DNA of 57,603 nucleotides from Myxococcales bacterium (GTDB lineage Bacteria; Myxococcota_A; Polyangia; Polyangiales; SLQV01), in contig SLQV01000077.1 in assembly GCA_007131285.1 (NCBI GenBank), forward strand, positions 1 to 57,603, in the 5' to 3' direction. The notes below the pieces were generated by a model. That model ran no database searches. It had not been told where the DNA came from and saw only the letters and a program-made list of their open reading frames with translations. Both the position numbers and the translations under genes were made by a program. Positions 9,882-20,299 of this stretch are shown one piece after another (the stretch's first letter is position 1; every line of letters begins with the position of its first letter).

Positions 9882-11075
9882 TCAGGCGCCTTGCCGGCCA
9901 CACGTGGCTAGTAGCGACTGCAGGGCCGGCACTAATGCAAGACCACTCCTGAGTGCGCCTCCGCCCGTTCCATCGTCCAGCCAGTCTCCACACACACCCA
10001 ATCGGGAAACGCTTTCCCAGAGCGCGCCCCGCATTAACGGCTCGGTGGTGAACGCGTAGCGCCAACGGTGCAGCGGACGCGCCGCCCCCGCGACGGGCGC
10101 TAGAGTTCGGGAATTAGCTGCGATCACGTCGCTATAGTGCCCGTCGGGAACCACGGGCTTGTGCCCGAATGCTTGCTGCTGGTGCCAGGCCGATGCGATC
10201 GATTCCAGGACTGTCGCGGCATCTTGGCCAAAATGCACTTGGCTCCAGTGGGGCGGGGCGTGAATCACGAAACCATCATCGGCGTTTAGGCGCGTTCCAA
10301 GCGTTAAGCGCTGCGGCTTGTCAGCAGTTGCGACGGAACCCGCGGCATGAACGGCTTGGTCGGGAGGCCGCTGCGCCAGGAGCGCTGTTAGCACTGGCTG
10401 CCAGGTGGATGCGCGAGCCGGCCATGCATCCAGCCATGTTTGCAGCGCGCCCAAGCCAGCACGTTTCACGGCAGTTGCGCCTGCGGCGAAGAGAGGCGCC
10501 CGCTCAGCGGGCGCCAGCAAGGCAACCGCCTGGGGTTCCGGAAGGGCCAGTATCAGTGCGTCGAAAGGACCCGCCCGTTCAACGTGGGCTTCGTCGCCAG
10601 TCGAACGCAGCGTAAGATACCATCGGCTATCGATGTCGCGCTCAATGGCCTCGACGCGTCGCTGATACCGGACATCGAGATCCGCCGCCAGAACATCGAT
10701 GAACCCGGCCAAGTGACCATCAGCCGCCCCGTAGGCCCGCGCATCCTGCGCTGCTGGCGACTGACTCTCTGGCGCAAGCATCCGCAACGGGCCCGAATCG
10801 GCTTCTACGTTGAGCCCCGCGACGATGCCGAGCTGGGACTCGACAGCGCGCCAAAGGGCGGCATTTCCCAAGAGACTCGGCGCGCCGATGGCGACACGGC
10901 GTCCGGTATAAAGTGATCTCAGCGCGCAGCGGCCTCCCGGCCCACGGCTTTTCTCAAACACCGTGACCTCGCAAACCGACTGTCGACTCAGCCAACGCGC
11001 GCAAGCAAGTCCGGCGAGCCCCGCGCCGACAACGGCCACCCTGACGCTTTCAAACTTATCTAGCGGTTGAATCAT
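9882..11075 (-). CDS. renalase-like FAD/NAD(P)-dependent oxidoreductase
   Basis: VAVVGAGLAGL, VFEKSRGPGGR, HRWRYA, CGDWL. Start placed at ATG 11075. Confidence 0.85.
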   Translation of the reverse strand: MIQPLDKFESVRVAVVGAGLAGLACARWLSRQSVCEVTVFEKSRGPGGRCALRSLYTGRRVAIGAPSLLGNAALWRAVESQLGIVAGLNVEADSGPLRMLAPESQSPAAQDARAYGAADGHLAGFIDVLAADLDVRYQRRVEAIERDIDSRWYLTLRSTGDEAHVERAGPFDALILALPEPQAVALLAPAERAPLFAAGATAVKRAGLGALQTWLDAWPARASTWQPVLTALLAQRPPDQAVHAAGSVATADKPQRLTLGTRLNADDGFVIHAPPHWSQVHFGQDAATVLESIASAWHQQQAFGHKPVVPDGHYSDVIAANSRTLAPVAGAARPLHRWRYAFTTEPLMRGALWESVSRLGVCGDWLDDGTGGGALRSGLALVPALQSLLATCGRQGA

Positions 11076-11266
11076 AGGTAAGCGTTTAGGAGGTCCGGCG
11101 GACGCTAAAAGTCTACTCCAGAGTGCTAGCGGGGGTTGGGGTCCGACGCGCAGCCCTAGGCCATCTTTCCGAAGTGCCGTGGGGGAGCCGTGCTCGGGAT
11201 TCACGCCCGAACACTGAGCGGCTTTGATACAAAACCCCTCTGAACCGTTACAATCATAGGGCACTA

Positions 11267-11298
11267 TTGTCGATCTAGTCGTCTTGTCGATCTAGTCG
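11267..11298. repeat. 15-bp direct repeat x2
   Basis: TTGTCGATCTAGTCG at 11267-11281 and 11284-11298, in a divergent intergenic region. Confidence 0.85.
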
Positions 11299-11592
11299 GT
11301 GGCGTGGGCGCCGAACTTACGGAAGACCTCCCACGCACGGGACGTTCTTGGACGGAATGCCTACGCGCGGCAATATCGAGAGCGACCTCTCGCACGCCAA
11401 GGGCGTGCACGCTCGCGGCGATGACTTAGCGTAGACCCCCACTCACGCAGACGCGGCGACAGATACCGCCAAACATGAAGCGGCTCGACGATCGGCAGAT
11501 ACGGCACCGAGACGCCTAGCGCAGAGACCCTCCCTTCGCTTCAGGAGGCGTGACCATCAAGCCAACGCTACCTTACAGGGCCACAAAACATC

Positions 11593-12738
11593 ATGCAGAA
11601 TAAAGTCCCAGCTAGGCATCTTTTGCCATCGCTTTTTTCCCGGAACTCTTGGGGCGTGAAAGCCAGGTACGTTGTGCGTTCGACACCCCCTGCGCGGAGA
11701 ATACGCTTAAAGCCAGCGGAAGATGCGTCTCAGGCGTTGCGTAGCGTCGCGCCCGAGACCCACCTAGCGCGCCTGCTCAAACGCATCGCACTGAAGGCAG
11801 CGCTGCTCTTGCTTGGCTTACTCAGCGGCAGTTTACAACCCCGCACCACCTCAGCGACGCCCGTCGCAAGCGCCTATCGGGCGCCGGATGTTGGCGGCCC
11901 GCAGCGTTTTCGCTTTAGCGAACGCCCGATCAAAGTTGTGGTGGTCGCTGGGTCAATAGGAGCGTTTCGAGGCGCATCCTATGCGCGGCACATCGCCCGG
12001 CGCTGTCATGCGGTTGAGGTCGCGAACTTGTCCGCGACCGGCCTAGGAGCAAGCGCGCTTCGACAACGCTTTGTGGCCTTCGATCGGAAACTCTACGGGG
12101 CTGCGCGCGAACCTGAGCGCTGGCTTCTGTTCGCAGGGGGACTGAACTCCATCAGCAATGCGCCCAAGACGATCCTAGACGCGGTTAATCTTTTTCACTA
12201 CGCCCACGAACGCGGCTACCAGGTGGCGGCGATGACACCCACGCCCTGGGGCTCTCTTCGCGACCCACGCTTCCGAGGCAAGTCCGGGGCCGACTATGTT
12301 GCATCCACCCAGGCCATCGTTGATTTTTACCGCGGCAAGCATACCCCCGCGGAAGCACTCGGCACCTACCTCGACCGACGCACCTGCCAGGCTGAAGTTT
12401 CAAGCTTTGCCCCCACCGAACTCCCCGACTTGACGATTGACTTGTGGCATTCGCCCCTGCGTGCCCAGGAGGCGGAAGATGTCACGGACCGTTGGCTCTG
12501 GGGGCGCTTGCTTGCGGACCGCCAAATACGTTCAGATCTCAAGGCAGCCACAGATCGAGCCGCGTTTCGCGAAAAGGTGCTCAAGGCTCACCGACAACGC
12601 TCTCTGAACTTCATGGAGGCACGCTACCGCGGCTTCGACCATATCCATCCGAATGCCGATGGGCATCAGGTGATTTTCCAGCAGGCGTGCAAAACCCTGC
12701 CTAAAGATTGGCGGTGTGATTGCCTCACTCCCTTCTAG
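11593..12738 (+). CDS. secreted SGNH/GDSL-like hydrolase
   Basis: Block I variant VVVAGSIG, block II ATG, block III GGLNS, block V FDHIHP. Hydrophobic signal-like segment; true start likely downstream. Confidence 0.65.
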   Translation: MQNKVPARHLLPSLFSRNSWGVKARYVVRSTPPARRIRLKPAEDASQALRSVAPETHLARLLKRIALKAALLLLGLLSGSLQPRTTSATPVASAYRAPDVGGPQRFRFSERPIKVVVVAGSIGAFRGASYARHIARRCHAVEVANLSATGLGASALRQRFVAFDRKLYGAAREPERWLLFAGGLNSISNAPKTILDAVNLFHYAHERGYQVAAMTPTPWGSLRDPRFRGKSGADYVASTQAIVDFYRGKHTPAEALGTYLDRRTCQAEVSSFAPTELPDLTIDLWHSPLRAQEAEDVTDRWLWGRLLADRQIRSDLKAATDRAAFREKVLKAHRQRSLNFMEARYRGFDHIHPNADGHQVIFQQACKTLPKDWRCDCLTPF

Positions 12739-12807
12739 GGCCCATCCTTCCGAACGATCAGGCCTTCGCAGAAAAGCGGACTGCGCCCATTCCCCCTGTG
12801 ACTCACC

Positions 12808-13893
12808 ATGCGCCTTCTCGAAACAACCGCCGACCCAAAACGGGCGACTGACCTGACCCTACTTCTCGAGGCGGCGGGCGTCGAAACGTTTTACGAAACG
12901 TCGCAAGACGGTACTACGCATCGCGTTTATTACCTCAACGAGTTGCAAAAAGATCTTGCCCGGGACGTGTTCACAGCGTTTCAGAATGATCCGAAGGCAC
13001 CTGAGATTCGGTCCGCTATCCGCGAGCAACGGCGTAGGACGCGCGGGAATCGGGGAGGCGAAACCGGTTCAGGCGAACCACCGATCGAAGCGCAGAAGCG
13101 TAAACGCAACCCCAGCATTCGGCCTATCGCACCTGAAAGCTCACCGATACGAATGCCGGGCTCACTCAGACCTGCCCCGACATCCGAGCCGCCGAATCCG
13201 GACCGGTCTGGTCTCGACCGTTCAAATCCCGATCTGCCGAACAAGGCGTCTCGGCGCGCACCGCCTGCCCCGCGGCGCGGAATGCCTCGCATCGTAATGA
13301 TTCGCCTGGGCCCCCTGACAATCGCGCTCATTGCTCTATGCTTGGCCGTAGGTTTCTGGACGAGTTTCGGCAGCGAACTCGGGTCAGTAGCGCCTCTACT
13401 ACTCAGCGCTCCGGCGGCTGAAGGTGGGAGCTTTAACTCCCTTGGTGAGGTTTTGACGAGCGGCGAGGTCTGGCGCCTGTTGACGCCCATTCTGGTTCAC
13501 TTTGGCATCCTCCACCTCCTGCTCAATATGCTCTGGCTTAAAGACTTAGGCAGTTTAGTGGAGAGCGTGCGTGGACCGGTCACGTTGGCCGTCCTGGTGA
13601 TTTCGATTGGAGTCATTTCCAACGTAGTGCAGTTTCTGACAAGTGGCAGCGCCAACTTTGGCGGCATGTCTGGCGTCATCTACGGCCTGCTCGGCTTTGC
13701 TTGGATATCGGGCCGCATCCACCCCAAAGGCGGCCTTTTTGTGCCCAAGTTCATCATGATCTTCATGATGCTCTGGTTTGTTGTCTGTTTTACAGGTCTC
13801 GTTGGCAATGTAGCCAACGCAGCTCATGCAGCGGGCCTACTCTCGGGCCTGGCCTTCGGGGCAGCGAACGCGCTACGCCTGCGCTGGGCCTAA
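12808..13893 (+). CDS. glpG: rhomboid intramembrane serine protease (GlpG-like)
   Basis: WRLLTP, H.G..H...NMLWL, catalytic GMSG and ANAAH, N-terminal soluble domain. Confidence 0.88.
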   Translation: MRLLETTADPKRATDLTLLLEAAGVETFYETSQDGTTHRVYYLNELQKDLARDVFTAFQNDPKAPEIRSAIREQRRRTRGNRGGETGSGEPPIEAQKRKRNPSIRPIAPESSPIRMPGSLRPAPTSEPPNPDRSGLDRSNPDLPNKASRRAPPAPRRGMPRIVMIRLGPLTIALIALCLAVGFWTSFGSELGSVAPLLLSAPAAEGGSFNSLGEVLTSGEVWRLLTPILVHFGILHLLLNMLWLKDLGSLVESVRGPVTLAVLVISIGVISNVVQFLTSGSANFGGMSGVIYGLLGFAWISGRIHPKGGLFVPKFIMIFMMLWFVVCFTGLVGNVANAAHAAGLLSGLAFGAANALRLRWA

Positions 13894-13894
13894 A

Positions 13895-13920
13895 CGCACT
13901 CGAGACACCTCTTGAGTGCG
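13895..13920. terminator. stem-loop between convergent glpG and aroC
   Basis: CGCACTCGAGA-CACC-TCTTGAGTGCG directly after the glpG stop; no U tract. Confidence 0.4.
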
Positions 13921-14153
13921 CCCGTCGGCGACCGAAAGCCCCCTAAGTGAAGGGCGGCGTCTGACCCAGGCGCTCGGCGCTTAGTACGCCGAGGAAAGAC
14001 TCTGAGTCTGGCCGCCAACCGGGCGCGACGGAGAGAAGGCGTGGGAAGCGGCAAAGCCCGCGCCCATCAGGATCTTCCTGCCTGAGCAAAAACCAGATGT
14101 TTCGCGGACAGCGCACTTAGGACGGCAGAGCAGCAACCTGAAGCTGGAGTGCA

Positions 14154-15287
14154 TTAGAGGCGAGCGGCACGGGCGCGGAGCGCGTGGTCTGCGAGAACGA
14201 GGGCCACCATCGCTTCAGCCATCGGGACGAAACGTGGAAGCAGGCAGGGGTCGTGGCGGCCTTTGGTCTGCACCTCCGCCTCTCGGCCTGCTGAATCAAT
14301 CGTGGGTTGCGCGCGTGGCAATGAACTGGTCGGCTTCACCGCCGCCCGCAGTACGATCGGCTCGCCGCTGGAGATGCCGCCGAGCATCCCGCCGTGGCGA
14401 TTACTTGCAAAGTGGACGGCGGGCGCCCCGGCGCGCCTCGGCAAGGCATGTGCCGCAGAAACATCTGGATACATGAGGTCATTGTTTTCCGAACCGCGCA
14501 ACCGCGCGCAATCAAAGCCGATACCATACTCAACGCCCAATACTGCAGGCAGTGAAAATAGTGCTTTTGCGAGATCAGCTTTGAGTTTGTCGAAAACCGG
14601 CTCGCCAAGGCCGGCGGGAACCGCGCGCGCCGTCACTTCTGCAACGCCACCGATCGAATCCTGCGCCTTGCGCATCGCCTGAATCAGGTCGATCATTTTC
14701 GGCACAAGCGCGTGATCCGGGCAGCGCACTATATTTGGCGACCCATCAGGGAGGCTTTCGACGTCTTCTAAGCGCACCGGTCCATGGATCGCCGCGCGGA
14801 GGTCACCAATTTGAACAACGTAACCCACGACGTCCGTGCCAAATAACGCCGATAAAAGCTTTTTCGCGATGGCACCCGCAGCGACGCGCGCTGTCGTCTC
14901 GCGGGCACTGGAGCGGCCTCCGCCGCGGTGGTCGCGAAAGCCGAAGCGCGCGTCCAGCGTATAGTCCGCATGCCCCGGACGGTAGACGCTTTCGAGATTA
15001 CCGTAGTCTTTGCTCTTCGCATCGGCATTCCGAATGAGCACCGCGATAGGCGCGCCGGTCGTCTTCCCACCAAAAACCCCGGAAAGAATCTCCGGCACAT
15101 CTGACTCCTGGCGCTGAGTGACAACCTTGCTTTGCCCGGGCCTGCGGCGCTCAAGATCTACGCTTAGGTCTGCTTCGCTAAGCTCAAGCCCCGACGGACA
15201 GCCGTCGACGATCACAACGTTGCCTGGTCCGTGGCTCTCGCCAGCGGTGGTAACGCGAAATAACGTGCCGAAAGTACTACCCGCCAT
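14154..15287 (-). CDS. aroC: chorismate synthase
   Basis: GESHG, RPGHAD, RGGGRSSARET, KPTSS, GRHDPC. Confidence 0.97.
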   Translation of the reverse strand: MAGSTFGTLFRVTTAGESHGPGNVVIVDGCPSGLELSEADLSVDLERRRPGQSKVVTQRQESDVPEILSGVFGGKTTGAPIAVLIRNADAKSKDYGNLESVYRPGHADYTLDARFGFRDHRGGGRSSARETTARVAAGAIAKKLLSALFGTDVVGYVVQIGDLRAAIHGPVRLEDVESLPDGSPNIVRCPDHALVPKMIDLIQAMRKAQDSIGGVAEVTARAVPAGLGEPVFDKLKADLAKALFSLPAVLGVEYGIGFDCARLRGSENNDLMYPDVSAAHALPRRAGAPAVHFASNRHGGMLGGISSGEPIVLRAAVKPTSSLPRAQPTIDSAGREAEVQTKGRHDPCLLPRFVPMAEAMVALVLADHALRARAARL

Positions 15288-15316
15288 CAGGACGCCTCGC
15301 CCGAAGGCAGGATGTC

Positions 15317-16051
15317 TCAGCTTCCGGCGGAGCGCCAGCGCACATAGCCGACGAAGAACGGCCCCATCTGTGCGATGAACTCGGAAGTCTGACGGGTGTG
15401 GCGCATGGTCTGCACGACATGAGACAGCGGATGCAGATCTTTGCCGATAAGCCCGATCACGAACTCGTTATCTCTCGCGTCAATTCCGTGACACGCTAGG
15501 CGAACGTCGGTCGCCAGGTTTTGTGCGCCGTAGGCTCGGCCAATAATGCCGTGTTCCATCAAGATTTTGCCCTGCTCCGCCTTATCTAGCTTTTCGAAAG
15601 CCCCGTGCCTGCGAAGCGGATACCAGACAGCCCAGGGCGCCTCCTCCTTGAGCACAGTCTCGATGGGCCGGTCGAGAATCGTCCAGGGCAAGTTCGGCTC
15701 GTGACCCGAACCGTAACTGCGGCCGATCATCGTGAAATCTGGTCGCAACCTGGCTTTCGTGCCGAGTGCCTGCCGGACGCAAGGCCGAACTTGACGAACG
15801 AAGTGGCTCGGGTCGAGCGACCAGGTCAGAACCGCAAAGCTCTCCGGATCATTGACATCGTCGTACACAACGCCCGCTAGACCGGCGTCCTCAAAGGCGG
15901 ACGCAAGGTCAGCAGCGCAACTGTGTGTGCCTGGCGCCTGCTCGCGGAATACGAGCAGCTGCATGAACAGCCGTTGGTTGATGGACTGGCGCTCGCCATC
16001 GCGGCTGGCGCCGTGCTCCAATACATCGATGGTCGGCAGCTCATGGTGCAT
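15317..16051 (-). CDS. chlorite dismutase-family heme protein (HemQ/ChdC-like)
   Basis: WYPLRR, EHG.IGR.Y, G.D..D.EF, MR.T..T. Confidence 0.75.
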   Translation of the reverse strand: MHHELPTIDVLEHGASRDGERQSINQRLFMQLLVFREQAPGTHSCAADLASAFEDAGLAGVVYDDVNDPESFAVLTWSLDPSHFVRQVRPCVRQALGTKARLRPDFTMIGRSYGSGHEPNLPWTILDRPIETVLKEEAPWAVWYPLRRHGAFEKLDKAEQGKILMEHGIIGRAYGAQNLATDVRLACHGIDARDNEFVIGLIGKDLHPLSHVVQTMRHTRQTSEFIAQMGPFFVGYVRWRSAGS

Positions 16052-16167
16052 GCGGACGATGATACCGACTTCACTCGTCGACCGCCACCCCCCCTTTTCA
16101 GGGTCCGAACGCGCCGACCTGCCATCACGCCACCCGAGGGATGGATGCGCTGTCTAACGCCCGTCGC

Positions 16168-17370
16168 CTAAGCGATGACTTTAAAGGCTTTGCCGTATTG
16201 AATCAGTAGCTTGACTGCACGATCGATATCTTCCTCGCTATGCCCCAGGGTCACATTGAGACGCAGCCGTTCTTCGCCCTGCTTAACGCCAGGGTAGGTA
16301 ATCGGCACCATCATGATGCCGTGTTCGAGCAAAGCTACGTGCAAGAAAAGCGCCTTACGCTCATCACGCACCATGATCGGCATGATGTGCGTATTGCTCT
16401 GAGCAAGGTCAAATCCCGCAGCGAGTAGTCGGCTGCGCATGTAATCCGCACGCGATTGAAGCGCATTCACCAAAGCTGGCCCCTCTGCTTCAAGCATGCC
16501 CAAGATCGTATCGGCGGCGGCAATTAGCGGGGCCGGCAAGCTAGCGCTGAAGAGAAAGGAGCGAGCGCTATGCTTGACGTGGTCAACCACCTGCTCGGAA
16601 CCGAGCAAGATACCGCCTATTCCACCGAACGTCTTTGAGAAGGTGGAGATAACGACGGGCACGCGGCCTTGCAGACCGTACTTTTCAAGAATGCCTCGCC
16701 CACCATGCCCCAGCGTGCCCGTTCCGTGAGCGTCGTCGCAAAGCACAGCTGCGCCGTATGCGTCGCAAACATCGAGTAGCTCCTCGAGGTTAGCTTCATC
16801 GCCGTCTAGCGAGTAGATGCCTTCCAGCAGAACCAAGGCATTTTTGCGCTCTTTTGTGCGCAGGCAGCGCGCGAGCGACTTGGGGCTGTTGTGGTTAAAA
16901 AAACGCAGTTCTGCTTGAGAACCCGGCGTGCCTGCGGCCATAAATGAACCGTCGAGAATGCACGCGTGACTGTAACTATCCAGTATAAGCGAGGTGTCTC
17001 GGTCGGCGAGCGCCATGATGGTTCCCACCATGGCTTGATAGCCCGTCGTAAATACGAGACAGCGCTCGAAACCAAACCACGCAGCCAAGCGCCGCTCCAG
17101 GGCAACGTGGGCATCGGTCGTGGCCTGCACCCGTGACGAACCCAGACCCGTACCATATCGGTCAATAGCCGACTTAGCCGCTTCTCGGACAGCAGGGTGA
17201 TTGGTTAGCCCGAGGTAGTCATTTGAGGAGAAATTGACGACGGGCTTGCCCGCAATCGTGGTGTGGAGCCCTCCGCTCTCAAACTCGCGAAAATAGGGGT
17301 AGACTTGGCGACTTTGAGCCTCACGGACCCGCTCGAGAGCCGATTGCGCTTTCTCCTCAATCCACAACAT
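16168..17370 (-). CDS. PLP-dependent alpha-oxoamine synthase, serine palmitoyltransferase-like
   Basis: VYPYFR, NFSSNDYLGLTNHP, DSYSHACILDG, DDAHGTG, STFSK (PLP Lys), FLFSAS, RLRL. Start at ATG 17370. Confidence 0.85.
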   Translation of the reverse strand: MLWIEEKAQSALERVREAQSRQVYPYFREFESGGLHTTIAGKPVVNFSSNDYLGLTNHPAVREAAKSAIDRYGTGLGSSRVQATTDAHVALERRLAAWFGFERCLVFTTGYQAMVGTIMALADRDTSLILDSYSHACILDGSFMAAGTPGSQAELRFFNHNSPKSLARCLRTKERKNALVLLEGIYSLDGDEANLEELLDVCDAYGAAVLCDDAHGTGTLGHGGRGILEKYGLQGRVPVVISTFSKTFGGIGGILLGSEQVVDHVKHSARSFLFSASLPAPLIAAADTILGMLEAEGPALVNALQSRADYMRSRLLAAGFDLAQSNTHIMPIMVRDERKALFLHVALLEHGIMMVPITYPGVKQGEERLRLNVTLGHSEEDIDRAVKLLIQYGKAFKVIA

Positions 17371-17514
17371 CGGCGCGCAGCCTAGCACGCAACGCGGCGC
17401 GCACGGCTTTTGAATGACGTGATGGCGAGCGCTCCGGCTGTCGACAGGTAGAAACAGGGGTGAGTGCGGCGGGGCACAGGCGCAGGAAGTGCCTACTTTG
17501 AGCTGAGCTAATCG

Positions 17515-18870
17515 CTAGGTTGCCCCCGGAGAACGCAAAAGCGTTGCCGCCGCCAAGCCCTGAATATCCATTGAGACGATCAGGATGACATCGGGCGCGT
17601 CCCGCTCAACGCTACCGCGCCCCGCCCCACCGGTTTCAGCGCCCCCCTCTCGCGGCACGCTCGCTTCAGAGAGAGGCGGCGCCTGCCAGCTGCCGCCCGC
17701 AAACAAAGAGAGCGCTACGAGCCAGTTAAATCCGGCGCTGACCGCAAAGCATTCACCCCACACGGCACCGGGGACACACACCCGGGCACCGCGACCTAGA
17801 ACCGCGCGCACCGCACGCAGCTCCGCGGCGAAGACCGCCCCTTCGGTGAGACTACCACCGAGCAGCACGACATCGACGTCATGAGGCGCGATCGCAGCCT
17901 CGGCCAACGCTGCGGCAATGGCTCGTTCCAACGCCCGTTCCGGGTACACCATACGCCGCGAATGGCCTGGGCTTTCGAAACGCAGCGCCGTAGCCAAATG
18001 AAAACCGAGCGCTGGAACCTCGGCGCCGCATACGCGTGCGCCCGCCTCAGGGCCTTCGTCTTGGCTTAGCGCTAAAAAGACCGAACCTTCGCCGTAGCGC
18101 TCGGGAAACCCCGAAAGACTCAGTGCTTTAGCGCGTGCGGCTTGTGCATCCAGCGCCTGGCACATGCCAAGCGATAGGGTCTCGGAAACGCCGACGAGCA
18201 TGCAATCCGCCTCGCCGGCGCTGAGCTTGCGCGCCGCATGCGTCAATGCACTTGCGCCCGAGCAGCGGCCATCGACGGCAGTAATGTTCGGACCGCTCAA
18301 ACCATACCAAATGGCGACTTGACCCGCGGCAGCATTGGCAACCGTATTCGGAAAGCGATTCGGATTAATGAACCGGGGCTCCTCCATTTCGGCTACCCGA
18401 TGAAGCTCTTCTATCGATTCGAGCGCGCCAAAGGCACTACCCCAGGCCACACCGAACCGGTCTGGATAACGCGCCGCCAGCTCGCCCAGCCCGGACTCCT
18501 GCAGCGCACCCTGCACAGCGACAAGCGTCAGGCGGGTCAGACGATCGAATGTGCGCAAGCCCTTGGATCCAAGGAAAGGTTCGGCGCGAAAGCCCCAAAG
18601 CAAGTGCGGCTCAATATGCTCAAATAGTGCACCCGCGAAGGCGCGGACGTCCCCCAAGGGGGGTGGCGTGGGCGTGATGGCACCCGCCCCATCAGGGACC
18701 AGACCTGGCCATACGCTCTCGCGAGCCGCCAACGCGGGCTCCCCCCCGTCAGGAGCGATCTCTACCGAGAACAGCGGCGCATATTGCCGTTGACTGTCAC
18801 TTAGCCACTGGCTCGGCCGCATACCGGCCCACCCCACCACTCCGAAGCCCAGGATACGCTGCGCGGTCAT
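17515..18870 (-). CDS. beta-ketoacyl synthase-like protein, catalytically degenerate (chain-length-factor-like)
   Basis: KS N-domain motifs (RTFDR, FPNTVANAAAGQVAI..GLSGPNIT, GEGS). Catalytic Cys position is R in DGRCSG; both His motifs are absent (LGGSLT, WGECFA). ATGA overlap with the upstream KS. Confidence 0.8.
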   Translation of the reverse strand: MTAQRILGFGVVGWAGMRPSQWLSDSQRQYAPLFSVEIAPDGGEPALAARESVWPGLVPDGAGAITPTPPPLGDVRAFAGALFEHIEPHLLWGFRAEPFLGSKGLRTFDRLTRLTLVAVQGALQESGLGELAARYPDRFGVAWGSAFGALESIEELHRVAEMEEPRFINPNRFPNTVANAAAGQVAIWYGLSGPNITAVDGRCSGASALTHAARKLSAGEADCMLVGVSETLSLGMCQALDAQAARAKALSLSGFPERYGEGSVFLALSQDEGPEAGARVCGAEVPALGFHLATALRFESPGHSRRMVYPERALERAIAAALAEAAIAPHDVDVVLLGGSLTEGAVFAAELRAVRAVLGRGARVCVPGAVWGECFAVSAGFNWLVALSLFAGGSWQAPPLSEASVPREGGAETGGAGRGSVERDAPDVILIVSMDIQGLAAATLLRSPGAT

Positions 18871-20201
18871 GGCCTCAGCCCCCCTGAGACGCCCTCGGGC
18901 GCATCGTCCTCGCGAGCACCTTCAGGAACCGCGATGCCAGCCGACGCACTATACCTTCCAGAGGCAGGCGCATCCGGCTGAAGCACGACATCTTCGGCAT
19001 TTATCAGAGGCAAGACCGCATTGTAGCCGCCAAATGCGAGCGAGTTGTTCAGCACGACCCGCAGCCGTGTTGAGTGTGCAGTGCGCTTCAATACGTCGAT
19101 CTCCAAAGCGGGATCCGTTTCTTCGAGGTTCACAGTGCCGGGAACAACACCGGTGCGCAACGCCTGCACGCATGCCACCGCCTCGATCGCGCTGGCAGCG
19201 CCCATGGCGTGTCCAATAGCGCCCTTAAGTGAGGAGACCAGGGGCACATGCGTTCCGAAAACAGCGCGCAAGACCTGCGCCTCGACTGCATCGTTGGCCT
19301 CGGTACCGGTGCCGTGTGCGCAAAAATAATCGACGGCGTCCGGCGCGAGGCCGGTTGCACTCAGAGCACGTAGAAGCGCCGCCCGGCTACCGGCGCCTTC
19401 GGGATGGGGACGCGTAATGTGAAACGCGTCGCATGTGAGCCCAAGCACGCCAAGCTGAGCCAAGGGTTGCCCACCACGACGTACCACGCTCGCGGCGGAT
19501 TCGAGCACAAAGAACGCGGCCCCCTCGCCAATCATTAAGCCTTTGCGCTGGGCATCGAAGGGCTGGCAGCGCTGCGGGGCGATCGCACCTAAACGAGCAA
19601 AGCCTGCATACTGGAGGCGCTCTATGACCTCGCTTGCCCCCGCAATGACAAGGTCAGCGTGCCCCGTGCGTATCAACTCCGCTCCCAGCCCGAGCGCATA
19701 GTTCCCCGCAGCGCAAGCGCCCGGAACGGTATGAATGGGTCCCTCGCACCCCGCGGACCGAGCGACGAGGGCGGGGAGCGTGACCGACCCAAACGGGACG
19801 ACCGCCCCGGGCGCCACGCCGGCTGCGTTCCCGTGGAACCAAGCCCGATGCACTGCACCTAAGCGGTCGCCCTCGCCCATCGACGTGCCCACGACGACCG
19901 CACGACGTTCCGGCGCCGGCGTCTGCGCGTTGGGGTGCCCGGCTTGTTCAAGCGCCTGGCGCGTCGCCGCAAGCGCATAACCCGCGGCCCTTCCGACCTG
20001 CCGTTGCTCACTTCGTGTGAGCCAAGGCTCCCAGGGCACCCCCTTGACCTCGCAGGCCTGATCCCGCTCAATGCCATCGGTCGAAAATCGGGTGACCTGG
20101 CCCTGACCACTTTCGCCTCGGCACAAAGCCTGCCACCAGCTCTCGACATCGCTTCCGAGTGCGCTGACAATCCCCATCCCGGTCACGTAGACCGCTTCCA
20201 T
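18867..20201 (-). CDS. beta-ketoacyl-ACP synthase II (FabF-like)
   Basis: Intact triad motifs GACAAG, AHGTGT..ND..E, KGAIGHAMGA; also DAFHIT and NSLAFGGYN. Confidence 0.92.
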   Translation of the reverse strand: MEAVYVTGMGIVSALGSDVESWWQALCRGESGQGQVTRFSTDGIERDQACEVKGVPWEPWLTRSEQRQVGRAAGYALAATRQALEQAGHPNAQTPAPERRAVVVGTSMGEGDRLGAVHRAWFHGNAAGVAPGAVVPFGSVTLPALVARSAGCEGPIHTVPGACAAGNYALGLGAELIRTGHADLVIAGASEVIERLQYAGFARLGAIAPQRCQPFDAQRKGLMIGEGAAFFVLESAASVVRRGGQPLAQLGVLGLTCDAFHITRPHPEGAGSRAALLRALSATGLAPDAVDYFCAHGTGTEANDAVEAQVLRAVFGTHVPLVSSLKGAIGHAMGAASAIEAVACVQALRTGVVPGTVNLEETDPALEIDVLKRTAHSTRLRVVLNNSLAFGGYNAVLPLINAEDVVLQPDAPASGRYSASAGIAVPEGAREDDAPEGVSGGLRP

Positions 20202-20299
20202 CGCACGCCGCTCCTAGTCCGAGCGACCCCAAAAGGCAAGAGCGTGGTCGCGGCTCGCGCCTTGACACTTCACCCTACGGAAACGTAAAGAGCGGCCTC

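Noticed and set aside
16168-17370. Calling the AOS bioF
   Set aside because: No bio genes nearby, and the N-terminus and context fit an Spt-like enzyme better; symbol left blank
20262-20291. Sigma70-like promoter (TTGACA-N18-TAAAGA) for the FAAL
   Set aside because: The -10 match is weak and cannot be supported without TSS data
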